Assembly (NCBI RefSeq): GCF_001194135.2
Contig: NC_068987.1
Span: 100,793,030-100,857,029 of the forward strand
DNA: 64,000 nt
Direction of reading: 5' to 3'
Origin: Octopus bimaculoides
Taxonomy: Eukaryota
Positions within the stretch are counted from its first letter, which is position 1. Every line of letters begins with the position of its first letter. Below, piece after piece: positions 27,421 to 40,019 of the stretch. Below the pieces are notes generated by a model. It was not told the DNA's origin, made no database searches, and saw nothing but the letters and a program-made list of their open reading frames with translations. Made by a program: the position numbers and the translations under genes.

Positions 27421-28317
27421 CGAGCTGGTATCAAGACTTCCCGGACTAGTTATGCTTAATGAAAAATAACTTATTTACCTAATTTTTAGCATCATCTCCT
27501 TCGAAATACACCGGTCCCAGCGCTCCTGCTACTTTCGGAATCCGGCCTGGAAGTAAGCTAGTCAAGGACCTTCTGCAATTCCGTAAACAAGTCAAGGACA
27601 TTCTGCAATTCGCGGTGTTAAAACGGCGACCTATGAGCGGCATTCGCATGTTGGGAAATAAATGAAAGTCCGTGGGTGTAAGTCTACCGAACGGAACGGG
27701 CGCGGAGAGAGGAAATGTTTGTTTCTGGTGGCAAACTCACATGTGAGGAGAGCTCGGTGACAGGGAACATTTTCTTCATGAAGAATCCAATTCCTCGCGC
27801 TCCACAGATCCGTTCGCTTTTACCAAATGTCCTCCCTCAAGCACTTCAAAATGTCGTTGATTTTCCCCCAACGACTCTCACCCACAAGCTGAGGAATTAT
27901 CTCAAACTTTTCGGTGGGTGACGCTCGTGGAAAGTCTTCCAGATTGCTCATCATCTTTCAGGAACGTTCTTTCGCTTTTGAAGCGCCCGTACAACACGAA
28001 ATATTGCGTACGATCCTTTGCCTCGTCACCATAAGCTTGCCGAAGCACGCTCAATGTCTCTGTAGCACACTTCCCAAGTTTAATATAAAATTTTACGTAA
28101 TCGCTTTCTTCCAACTTCCTATCCATGACTAAAATTGCAGACTACTGCATACACGTGATGATAAAAGCACAATTTTTATAATTGAGAAGTAAACACAGCG
28201 ATGTTCCTCGATGTGCCTCATGAAGCTCTCCGCTAACTCTTACTGCGCACGCAACCATGTGCTGCCAACTGTTGGCGTGCTACAGAGCTAGTCTTGGAAC
28301 TTTTTGATAGCAGCTCG
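27421..28317 (-). mobile_element. mariner element, internally deleted, with both TIRs and TA target duplications
   Basis: TA-cgagctggtatcaagacttcccggactag ... ctagtcttggaactttttgatagcagctcg-TA (imperfect 29/30 bp TIRs). HTH region MDRKLEESDYVKFYIKLGKCATETLSVLRQAYGD..DDEQSGRLSTS is joined directly to LKCLREDIW*KRTDLWSARNWILHEENVPCH and YFEGD-like C-terminal motifs. Confidence 0.92.
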
Positions 28318-29468
28318 TATTTGTGATAAATATAAGCTTAAAATTATTTTCCCCACAAACAGATACATCTGAAATGATACTACACTACATCAAGACTTAC
28401 AAAACTGTCCCAATTTATGACTGAAAGTTCATGTCATCCATAAGTCTTGTATATTTTAATGCTCTGTTACATTATGTTTCTATTTAATTATTTTCGCTTT
28501 CTGCGATCTAACTCAAAGTGATCACTGTTATCGCATAGAATTGTGAATAATTTCAATGAAAATACTAAACTTAATATTAATCTAATATCTATTACATTAA
28601 ATTGCCGCGCTACCATGTATTTTTATGTAAAAGAACTTCAGCATTTTAAAATCCACGATTATGTTTCATATCACATATCTCTATGAATACGAAAATCTTC
28701 TTTTACTCACGTAGCAAAGTTTTTTAGAATGATTGCAAAATAACCTTATGATATTGAAAACTAAGTTTAACGGCCATTTCTTCTCGCGCTGTTTTTAATT
28801 GTTTTATTTTGCGAAACTTAAGGAAAAAAAAGGCGGCTCTTTACATACAACGTCATCTACTTATATACGTGCTTCAGATGATGCATAGTCTTGAGCGCTA
28901 CAGCTTTTGATTATTTTACGCTTCAAATTCAAACTTTGCATTCTACAGTTTTTTTTTTACTAACGTTAGAGTGAACAACACTGCTTTATTTGTATTGATT
29001 ATTCAGTTTTCTTAGAGGGACTGAATAGGGTTGCTAATATGTTTCGTTAGTTTGTTTACACGTGATGTTCTATGTCTGGCAATTACAAACATTTGAATTA
29101 CATTAATTATACGAAATAAAGATCAATAAATTTTACAAGCATCACTTACACAGTGTGCGCTCGACATTTCTTTCATTTTTTTCGAATTAATTTGTTGTTA
29201 TTTAACCTATGCTAATGGATATTTTTCAGAACACACAAGTACATCTCTCATGTTAAACAAACCCCGGTGTTCTTAATTATAGGAAGTAAATATCAATAAA
29301 TTTTACAAGCTTTACTTACGCGGTTTATATTCAGCATTCTCGTTGTTTTTTTTCTTTTTACACTTTAACAAGTAATGGATATTTACAGAGTAGACAAGTC
29401 GTCGTGTATACTCGTATCGAACATCCTATGGTGCTTTGCTATTCTTCGTTTTCGTTCTTCGTCACTTT

Positions 29469-29630
<162 letters not shown>

Positions 29631-29689
29631 GGCCCTGCTGTTTTGTTGACTTAATGTAGTACTCAGATACATTATGATTACTGTCGAAT

Positions 29690-30800
29690 CGCAACTCATG
29701 TTTAAGAATGCAGATTATTTTAAACCGTTTGTAATTTTTTCCCCTTCTATTTCAGATCTTTCTTTTACACTGTTTTGAGGACTTGCTGGATAATTCTGAC
29801 TCAGGTTTCTACACTGCACTTATTCTCATTTTATTATCATTTCTCAAGGTTTACTCTCGAAAATTTTGCCACTGTTCTTGCAAAACGTTTAGAGTATTGA
29901 TACGGTAATGTTATGAGTCCTACATTTTTGAATTCATTCTCCACTAACTGTAGGCATTCTGATACAATGTTAGCAATGGACTCCTTGAAATCATCGCACA
30001 TCCCTCACCAAAGAACGCCTGATCTGTCGTCTTCATCCTCCAATTTACACTAACATTTATTATTTTCACTTTATTACGCATTTCATCCCTTATCAGGTTT
30101 ATTTTACAGAAAACCTCCGAGGGAAGCTTTTTTTCCTCAAATTTTGATTTCCTCTGTTTTGCATTTTACTATTTTCTGATTTTGGCTTCAGCACACTTTC
30201 TAAAGAATTCTTTACATTACTTCGTCCTCAATGATTCCTTTTTTTACTTAATTTTGAAATACGCAATATATTTTCTCTAATTATATTACCGCTGAGACGC
30301 TCATTAACATTTGACTTTTTATTGCTATTTGGGTTTTTTTGCTTCGTATAACCAGTCTACATCAGATTGGAATTGCATGCTTTTGCGCAGTGTTAGCTTT
30401 TTCTTCATTTTCTTGTCAATGATCATCAATTCAACTTCAATCCATTCAATAATTCCTGCTCCACACATTATTAGGGATACTGCAATTAGGCCGTTTGCTT
30501 TTATGACGTTTCCTGTATTTAATTTAGGTCTTAGAATCTCCTTCGTGTTCCAAAAATATTCTTTTCCGAGAGCTTTCTTTAATTTCAATGTTTAGGATTA
30601 TTTTCTACAGCAATCCAAGATATTCATAAGTTTCAATCATATTTAATTGTTTTATATCCTCCTAATTACTCAGATTTATACCAGTACGTTTTGAACATTT
30701 GTCAATTGAGACAATTGTCGCATTGCATCTAAATATGTTTTAGTTTCCACTAAAATGTTATTTGTTGCTTACCATTGTTATAAATCTTCAAAACAGGAGA
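29690..30800 (-). mobile_element. R4/Dong LINE remnant (post-RT thumb region)
   Basis: ORF 30325-30588: KKALGKEYFWNTKEILRPKLNTGNVIKA..GAGIIEWIEVELMIIDKKMKKKLT..SDVDWLY. Confidence 0.8.
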
Positions 30801-30834
30801 TAGCTGACTTTTACCCCAATTCTTTCCTACACTC

Positions 30835-31082
30835 GGAGTCGCGTGGCTTAGCGGTTAGGGTGTTGAATGCATGACCGTAAGATTGTGGTTTCAATTCTTG
30901 AACCGGGTGACACGTGTTCTTGTGCAACACAACTTCATTTTCACGTTGTTCCAGTTCACTCAGCTGGCAAAAATGAGAAAACCTGTGACCGGCTGGCGTC
31001 CCGCCAAGGTAAAGAATTTATAGGCTACGGAAACCTTGAAACCGACCCTGTGAGACTATGACTCAGAAAGGAACTTTACTTT
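30835..31082 (+). mobile_element. tRNA-derived SINE (second family)
   Basis: A box tggcttagcgg, B-box-like ggtttcaattct, central cacgttgttccagttcactcagctg, tail gaaaggaactttactttt. Confidence 0.8.
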
Positions 31083-31157
31083 TAATTATTCCTAATCGAT
31101 ATTAGTTCACAACTTTTTCTTGTTACGGTTGACATCTTTTTGGTATGTTGCCATTAA

Positions 31158-32680
31158 CCCTTTTAAAACGTTTGACGTAAATTTTCGCATGCAATATACA
31201 TGCTTTAAATCGGTCAATTTAATTATACGACGCGTGACATAGAACCTGTCGCCTGAATTAGTAACGGTCCACCTGTTAACTAATAAGCCGATTAGATGTT
31301 TCATATAAATATTTATAACCCGATAAGCTGGTCCTGCCATTCTGACTCTGTGAACTTCGTCGTCGCGTCCTGTTTCGTCGAATTTATTGTCAATTTGTCC
31401 TACCACTCCAGCTCCGTCAACTTCGTCGTCGCGTCGTTTCCTCAAATTTACGGTCGTCGAGTCACGCTACACCAAGCTACACCACCTCATAAGTCGTTTC
31501 TTCCGGTTCGAACGATGACTCTGAGCGTGAGTATTTTCCTAGTTCAGACGCAGATGATTCCGATAGCGATTATAATATTCCGGGGAACATAAGGTGCAGG
31601 CGGGCAGCAATGAATGGCCCTGGACAACAGAATGTCGTGTGGTGAGCGAGAGACAATTTCGTCCGACGGCATGGTTTTACTGGTTCGCCTGACATATAGG
31701 CAAAACTTGAACATGGAATTGCATCATTGGAAATCTTCCACAAGTTTTTGACGGATGAAATGTTCCAATATATGGTGAACGAAATGAATGACTATGGTGA
31801 AAACTATCTCCAGCATATCAGACCCTGGTATTGCAGTGATTGGTTTCGAACCACAGGGGACAAAAACAAAGTTCTGCTTGCCCTGCTGATACTGATTGGC
31901 ATCGTGAAGAAATCGACCCTGGTGTCATATTGGAATCTGGATTCAGCTACGTTGACACCTTTCTTTCCGGAAACGATACCACGTGAACAAATTTTGGCGC
32001 TTTTTCAAAATATACATTTCAACTCAAACGAGAACCAGGATGATAGGCTTCACGTTCTGTCGCTGACGAAGTGGCTGAAAATTTTAGAACGCTATATGTC
32101 CCCACACAGGACATTTGTACGGACGAGAGTTTGTGGAAATTCAAGGGAAGGTGCCGATTCAAAAATACAACCCAACCAAGCGTGTCCGCTTTGAAATCAA
32201 AGTTCATGAACTATGGCAGTCAACTGGCAGAGCCTGTGGGTATACGTGGAAATACAAAATCTACACTGTTTAGGACACTTCGGATCTTCCAGCGTCAACG
32301 GTTGCGTCGACTGTTGTCGCGTTGTCGCTGAATGAAAACTTGTTTGACAAAGGCTACAATATTCATATAGACAAATGACTTACCATCGAACCTCTTCCTG
32401 CAGCTGCAGGCGAGGAATGCCCGTGGGACTCTGAGGACGCACAAGGAAAAGCATACCACCCGATCTTTACAAGATAGAACTTCGAAAGGTGTAAACTTCG
32501 TACAAATGCACCTTTAGTTACATTTTCGCTCTAGTGTTGCGTGACAAAATAAATGTCTGCATGTTCTCCATAATGCATTCTGCAAGCATGAAGGAAACTA
32601 GGAAACAAGATGTGAACGGTAATGCCATAATGAAACAGAGTGAAGTTGTTTCATACAATGAAGGGATGGGTGGGGATTAG
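31158..32680 (+). mobile_element. piggyBac transposon remnant (PGBD4-like transposase pseudogene); left end TTAA-CCC present
   Basis: TTAA at 31154-31157 followed by CCC. IFHKFLTDEMFQYMVNEMNDYG..ALLILIGIVKK..YWN; FRTLYVPTQDICTDESLWKFKGR; GYNIHIDK*; YNEGMGG. Frameshifts and stops; no right TIR found. Confidence 0.9.
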
Positions 32681-34022
32681 TCGCTGTTTATTTTTGTTGG
32701 CTTTTACTTTCTTAAGTCTAATAAAATCCCCTCCGACTAATTGATATTAGGGCTTCGGTTTATTCTATGACTACTTTAATTGTATAAGGAGTTCCAGTTG
32801 GCCCCCGTCAAGACTATTCTTATCAAATTCATTTTATTTTCATACTACGCTTCTTGTCTTTGTTTTGCCAGTGAACGTTGTATTCTCTTGCTTGGATACG
32901 GTGACCGCATTCACTTGATTCTCAGGCAAGTTAATGTCAGTCATTTAGTTTTGATATGTTAGTTCCTTCAGTCGTAGCTTTATCTTTCTCAATTATTTTC
33001 TATATTTTATGTTAAAAAGGTATTTTCATTCTAAGTACACAATACAGCTAGATACATTTCACATAGCTTAAAAGCTCTCATTCCAAATATCTCAATTTTC
33101 TTAGTGCACTTCTTAAATAACCTTCCATTGCTATCTTCTTGATTTTGTTATTATCCTCTTATTTATGGCAAAGTAGTAACATATTTACGTGTAATAATCT
33201 TGTTCCTGCCGCACAAAATAGGTGCTCTACCGTAGCGAATCTATGGAGTAAGAAGATTTCAACGGGGGTGCCAGTTACCATGAGTTCCGAAGATTCTGCC
33301 GAGCAGGGTAACCTAGTCAGTATGTACATCTTACACAATCCACCAGTGAAATTCTGATTTGTTTCTGACAAATTATAGAAATATAATAGCCGTCTTTTAG
33401 ATATTTTATGCAATGCAGATCACAAATAGATCTGGAAAACGGAAATATATCATGATTATCGTAGGTCTTTATATTATAACTGTCATCGCTTTAGTCGATT
33501 CTTTGCGCATTACAGATATTACATGCTGACAGTACAAAAAGAAAAAAAGCTAAATTTACATTAATAGACTATCGAAGCCGCCACTTTTTTTTCTAAACAC
33601 TCTAGTAAAATACTTCATTACATAACTGTATTTTAGAGGATTCTGCACTTTATATGCTAACTCAATTAACAAAAGTGATTTGGGAAGGCATAACATTAAT
33701 AGTCAAATACAATAATCTCGAGAACTATAAGAAACAAAGGTCAACGAACGTAATCCATGATTAAGCATTCAAGTATTCACACTCGTAGATCATATCATTC
33801 CCTTTGAAAGGGAAGAAAAAATAAAAACTTTTACCTTATGTTTAATGGTTAGACCTACAGGTTTCGAATGTTTAGTAAAGAAAAAAAATTACTTGGCAAA
33901 TTTACTAGGCAAATTCTCTTTAGTAACCAGCCGTCAAAGATTTTGTCTCATAGTTATATGTTAAAAGAATGGGGATTTCTCATTGTCTTGTTTCTTATTT
34001 TCCAGCCGGTCGCTTGCATGTA

Positions 34023-34740
34023 CAGGAGTGAGCTAAGATAGCACCAGGGTATGAAGTGTGGAATTCCATTGTTTTGGTTCAGTGATGGTGGCGTGCATGG
34101 AAAGGTAAGCAGGCCACACTTCGTCCAGAGACAATAAAAAGTTGTCATGCAAATCTGAGGACCACGGTGTCTGTGAACGATGTAAGAAGACGTGGTCGTC
34201 CAACCACATCCCGATAAACGGAAAACGTCGGAACAGTGCAGGAAATGTTTCATCGCATCCGCAAAAATCAGCATGTCAAGAAACTCGTGAAAGTGGACAA
34301 ACAAGACACACAATACGTACAGTGTTGCATAAAGAAATGAATTTTCGTCCGTGGGAACGCAATTATGTGCAGGATCTAAAACCTAAAAACTCTGAGCACA
34401 GAATAGAATATGGAAAGGCCTCCAAGAAGTTCAGATCTCATTCCATGTGATTTTTGCCTGTTGGGGTTACACAAAAGTGACGTACAATGAAAAACCTCGC
34501 ACATTAGAGGACTGAGAGACACGGATTCAGGAGGTTCTGAATGATATCACAGATGACGTCCTTCAGAAGATTTTTCATTCCATTCCTGGCCGATTGAAGA
34601 AACTAGTTGTCGCTACCGGTGCTTACGTTCATATATGGATATTTAATTTCATTTTCCCATGTAATAAAAAGCATGTATCATGTGTTTCAATATGTTTTTA
34701 AAAGGAATTTTGAATGCTTATTTACTTTTCACCCACCCTG
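34023..34740 (+). mobile_element. Tc1/mariner-superfamily transposase remnant, internally deleted
   Basis: SVNDVRRRGRPTTSR; RTVLHKEMNFRPW..VQDLKP; then an abrupt jump to PPRSSDLIPCDF..KPRTLED..IPGRLKKLV..GAYV. The right end acttttcacccaccctg is TIR-like; the left TIR is uncertain. Confidence 0.75.
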
Positions 34741-34744
34741 CACA

Positions 34745-34787
34745 CCCTGCACACACACATGCACACATACACACACATATATATGTA

Positions 34788-34866
<79 letters not shown>

Positions 34867-35030
34867 GAGAGGTTCGATAGTGATACGAGTGTATATATAC
34901 ATTTACGGATGCGCGTTAGCATGCATATATATATGTGCATGTGCATGCATGTGTATATGTATATATGCGTGTGTATGTGTTTGTATGCATATGCGCACAT
35001 GTACATGTACGTGTGCACGCGTTTGTATGT
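34745..35030. repeat. (CA)/(TG)/(TA) microsatellite cluster
   Basis: Direct observation. Confidence 0.9.
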
Positions 35031-35745
35031 CACAATACCTTCTTTCCTCCTCTCCGATTCCTACCTATTACACTAACCTACCACATGCATTTATTTATAG
35101 AAATATGACAAACTTGTATTCTTTCCATTGCAACTGCTCTTGTCTATACATGTTTCACCGCAGAAAATACCATGTGTGTTTCTGCTCAATGTAATGGTAT
35201 GTCATAACGGTTACAAATTACACGTTCGCTTTCGAAATTATAAATGAAAGGTCATTAGCAACCTCTTCGTAAATTATCAGACTTGTGGTTTGTTATAGAT
35301 TAGAATGTTTTAATTTTAGTGATTTTATGAACGGGTTATTAGTGATAGTTTATCGTTAACATAATGTAATGGATTTTATGTTCTGTTTCATTAAATTTGC
35401 TCATCATTAAACCATGCTCATCTATACTAGAGTTTATCCACATTCGTTTCATATAATGCACTTTATGTGTTTTTTGTATTTTTAATCGTTGTAGTGTCTG
35501 AAGCATTGACTGCGATATCTTTACATGTATATCATTAGGTAGATTGCTCATGTTGTTTATTTGAAATCTGGTTGTGGTCAATGCTTGTCTTACTCAGTGG
35601 AGTAATGTATACCGAGAATTTTGATAGAACATGTAAGTCGGGAATTTGCTGCTCAAAATTGGTACGTGTATGCTCTTTTCATATCTAAGTATATGTGTGT
35701 ATGTGTGTGTGTGTGTACAAGTTTATATATATATATATATATATA

Positions 35746-36680
35746 TCTTGGACTAACTTCTAGCTGTTGTGCAATGTCAGAAGCCTTCGAACGGGGTTAG
35801 TTTTCCACAATTCTCTTCAAACAGCAACAATCAAAACAATTCATCTTTAGATTTCGGTTTCTGTCGAGTTTTTCGTATAGCTCTATTTAGTATGCTCCAA
35901 ATATTTTCAATTCAGTTCATGTTAGGGGATTGGCTCGGCCAAGGAATCTTTTTTATCCCATTTTTAGTCACCCATAGTTGATTCCTTTTCACTGTGTGGC
36001 ATGGAGGCCCATCTTCCATGAATAAAAACTCATTCTCCATTATGTTATCGTGTGAATACTTCGGAAGTAGTCCTTGCATACGTATTTCGATGTATTTTTC
36101 AGAGTTTATGGTTCCAACACGTTCGTTCAGCTCAGAACGACCATTGCTGGTGGCAGCTCCGCATACCATTACAGAGATGCCACCATGTTTCACACTTGGT
36201 TGGAGTCGTTTCAAATCAAATTCTTGATTGGGAAGCCTCCAGATCCAAACACGTCCATTGTCTGAAAATAATGCAAATCTGGATTCATCTGAGAAAATCA
36301 TTCTATCCCAAAATGAACTGGATTTTTCTGACATCTTAGTCAATTTCTTTCTTTTCATGATATTAACCAAGATTATGCTGATATGTAACACACGTTCTTG
36401 GACTAACTTCTAGCTGTTTTGCAATATCAGAAGACTTCGAACGGCGTTCATTTTCCACAATTCTCTTCAAATAGTGATGCTTCATTTGCGAAGGACAAGG
36501 TCGTCCGGGACAAGAATCTGTTGACACGCTTCCTTGGCTTTTGAATCACACTATAATTCTATTAACTGTAACAAGAGGAATTTGAACATTTTCGGCAATT
36601 TTTCGCTGGCTAAGACCAGCGTCAGATTGCCCAACAATAGGACCTCTTTGAAAATCTGACCGTTCTGCTGATTTTTTTTT
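35746..36680 (-). mobile_element. Tc1 (DD34E-type) transposase remnant
   Basis: [28 protein letters not shown]; PGRP; LKRIVENERR; IFSDESRFALFSDNGRVWIWR..LQPSVKHGGISVMVCG; FMEDGPPCH; WPSQSPNMN. Confidence 0.92.
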
Positions 36681-36824
36681 TTGCGCGTGGCATGGTTACT
36701 CTTAGCAAATGTTTAATATAATGGCACCTGGAATGAAAAAGAATAATTACATTGTAAATTCTACATCACTGGAAACATATTAAGACGCTTAGATCAGAAA
36801 TTTTGAAAATTAAACGTGTCTATC

Positions 36825-37552
36825 NNNNNNNNNNNNNNNNNNNNNNNNNNNNNNNNNNNNNNNNNNNNNNNNNNNNNNNNNNNNNNNNNNNNNNNNNNNN
36901 NNNNNNNNNNNNNNNNNNNNNNNNNNNNNNNNNNNNNNNNNNNNNNNNNNNNNNNNNNNNNNNNNNNNNNNNNNNNNNNNNNNNNNNNNNNNNNNNNNNN
37001 NNNNNNNNNNNNNNNNNNNNNNNNNNNNNNNNNNNNNNNNNNNNNNNNNNNNNNNNNNNNNNNNNNNNNNNNNNNNNNNNNNNNNNNNNNNNNNNNNNNN
37101 NNNNNNNNNNNNNNNNNNNNNNNNNNNNNNNNNNNNNNNNNNNNNNNNNNNNNNNNNNNNNNNNNNNNNNNNNNNNNNNNNNNNNNNNNNNNNNNNNNNN
37201 NNNNNNNNNNNNNNNNNNNNNNNNNNNNNNNNNNNNNNNNNNNNNNNNNNNNNNNNNNNNNNNNNNNNNNNNNNNNNNNNNNNNNNNNNNNNNNNNNNNN
37301 NNNNNNNNNNNNNNNNNNNNNNNNNNNNNNNNNNNNNNNNNNNNNNNNNNNNNNNNNNNNNNNNNNNNNNNNNNNNNNNNNNNNNNNNNNNNNNNNNNNN
37401 NNNNNNNNNNNNNNNNNNNNNNNNNNNNNNNNNNNNNNNNNNNNNNNNNNNNNNNNNNNNNNNNNNNNNNNNNNNNNNNNNNNNNNNNNNNNNNNNNNNN
37501 NNNNNNNNNNNNNNNNNNNNNNNNNNNNNNNNNNNNNNNNNNNNNNNNNNNN
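36825..37552. other. Assembly gap (N run)
   Basis: 728 N. Confidence 0.99.
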
Positions 37553-37929
37553 AAAGAAGTACGTGCGAGCTTGGTGATTCCAAGAACGAAAAGAAATAGC
37601 AGCCGGACACACGTGACCAAGGCTGTGTGAAGAGAAAGAGTAGCAGAGGGAAAAGGAGGGGAGGAAGTAGAATAAAAGTGAGCAACGAGAGGTAGAGAGA
37701 GAGAGAGATAGTAGTAGTAACGGTGAGAGGCGAAGGACGAGTAACAAGAGATAGAGAGAGAGAGATAGAAGTAGTGACAGGTAGAGGCGAAGAACAGTAG
37801 AGGGAAGAATGAGAGGGGGAGATAGAAATAGAGAGAGTCGCGTTAGAAAAATAGTTAAAACTTACTGTATACAGGTAACGCGTACGTTCTGTCGTGATAC
37901 AAATAATAACATAATGCGGGACTTACATC

Positions 37930-38290
37930 TTCCTCTTGGAGGGTTCAACACACAAATTTAAGCCAAGTCAAATTTTGCCATAAAAAAAATCACTTCACCT
38001 GTGCATCGAAGAACTTAATCTCTTTTCTCAAATGTGGAGGGTGTGATGGACACTACATAGGTGAAACTATTTTGACCTTAACTGACAGACTGAAGGTACA
38101 CAGGCAACAAATCTGGGACCTCTCGAACAGGTAAATTTCCGCAAGCAAACACCTAGACCAATGCTCCGCAACAGAAACCCAAAATATCATATATCCACTC
38201 TCTATCAATGCACCGTAGCACTTCAACCCAATTCCGTTTGAATAAGGAAATCATGTTCATTAAAAATGTAAACCACAGCTTTAGAAAGGA
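37930..38290 (+). mobile_element. Penelope-like retroelement GIY-YIG endonuclease remnant
   Basis: HFTCASKNLISFLKCGGCDGHYIGETILTLTDRLKVHRQQIWDLSNR*ISASKHLDQC, then STSTQFRLNKEIMFIK after a frameshift. Confidence 0.85.
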
Positions 38291-39433
38291 GAAAAAAACA
38301 CTAAAAAGTAAAAGGAAATAATAAACCTAATTTCTCCTCACAAAAAACAACGACCATACACAACAGACATAATTTTAAAACGTTAGTAAGTCTCACACTT
38401 GGGTTTCCAAACAGCAACTCCAAATTACACAATAACACCATACAAACACCAGTTGCTGATGTCACATAACTCTAGACCAATGAAATGTTGCCGCCAATCA
38501 AAATCAAACTTCAGTAAATATTACAAACTGGCCTTTTAAGATAATCAACCAGACACCATCAGTACCTTAACGAATAAAAAATCAAATCCGTTCACGGAAA
38601 AAATTTATGAATACACTGGATTTTAAAAAACGCCGTTACAAGCGAAAATCTCTGCACACGACCGAAAAAGAATCCCAGAAACCATAACAAAAATCTTTTC
38701 TTGCTATCTGCTTTTCTCCCTTGTGTTTCTCCCTCTTACCGAACGTGATCCACATTTCTTATCGATCACTTATAACACTATTGAAATTTGTGCATTTAAA
38801 CATTATGAACAATATTTTTTCAATATCATTGAATGCTGTGAACATTTATATCATATTTGATATTAGTGAGTTTTATAAACATTGAATCTTTTAAACATGT
38901 TTTTCTACTTAGCAAATTTAAATTTTTACCGTTGATAAATTTTTTTTTTTAAATTGTTGAAACTAGTTTGGTATGTAAATAAATTTATTTAAAAACAATT
39001 ACAAGTTTTTCAAATTCACATGCATTTTCAAAAGCAATTTTTTCTATTTTTTTTTTCTGCGTGAAAATACACCCCCTCTTTCGTTATATAAATATATATA
39101 TAATTAATATAGACAGCCGTGTGCTATGTTTTATCGAAAAGGAAAATTATTTGTGCCACTAAATATGACTAGGGCATTAGTATATCTTCATTGCTATAAA
39201 TAAGAACTAAAAAAAAGCTCTAATGCGTTCGATACATTACTTAATTGCATGTGCAGAGACAGGGAGTATAATCACCTGAAAGCACCAGTCGAGAATTCCC
39301 GATATTGATCGGCAATTTTTAGTTTCGACTAATTCCGTAGCCTCCTCAATATTAGGAATTCTCGACCGATGCTTTTGGGCGATTACAGTCCCTGCAATAC
39401 ATATGTACAATTACACACACACACACAAACACA

Positions 39434-39470
<37 letters not shown>

Positions 39471-39612
39471 ATACATATGTATCAACATTCTGCAANNNNN
39501 NNNNNNNNNNNNNNNNNNNNNNNNNNNNNNNNNNNNNNNNNNNNNNNNNNNNNNNNNNNNNNNNNNNNNNNNNNNNNNNNNNNNNNNNNNNNNNNNNNNN
39601 NNNNNNNNNNNN

Positions 39613-39750
39613 GAAAAAAACCCCTAAATTCCTTATATTCCTTTTCTCTCAGTGTAAAGACAGAATCTCCACACAAGAAAGAATCAGCAAGGAGAATCTT
39701 TTCGTAGAGAAATTCCAACCACTTCTTAACACACAAACCCCTCAGTGACC
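39613..39750 (+). mobile_element. Second Penelope-like GIY-YIG C-terminal remnant
   Basis: FLIFLFSQCKDRISTQERISKENLFVEKFQPLLN is homologous to the C-terminus of the 37930 remnant. Confidence 0.6.
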
Positions 39751-40019
39751 TTATTTCTCTAAGAACAGACGTAGACTTCCTGTTGACAAAGAGTCCATAA
39801 CTCCAACTAAAGAGATTTGTCTTCCCTTACACACACTTCCTGTTTTGACACCACACTTCCTGCTTAACACATAAACCTTTAGCCCCTTTTCTCTTTTTTT
39901 AGACCTAACACAACTCTCAATTTCATGCATCCTAATTTTTCCAACTAATATCTACATGGATTACCATTGAACTTTAAAAGCTAAAAGACAATATATTATT
40001 TTTTTTTAACATATCATTT

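Noticed and set aside
30835-30910. tRNA-like sequences at SINE heads
   Set aside because: A/B boxes only, no complete cloverleaf, and they continue into SINE bodies; not tRNA genes.
33139-33413. Overlapping open frames with possible splice sites
   Set aside because: Several incompatible exon readings, none recognisable.
33845-33880. cgaaac-ctgtag-gtc on the minus strand (hammerhead 3' half)
   Set aside because: No CTGANGA upstream.
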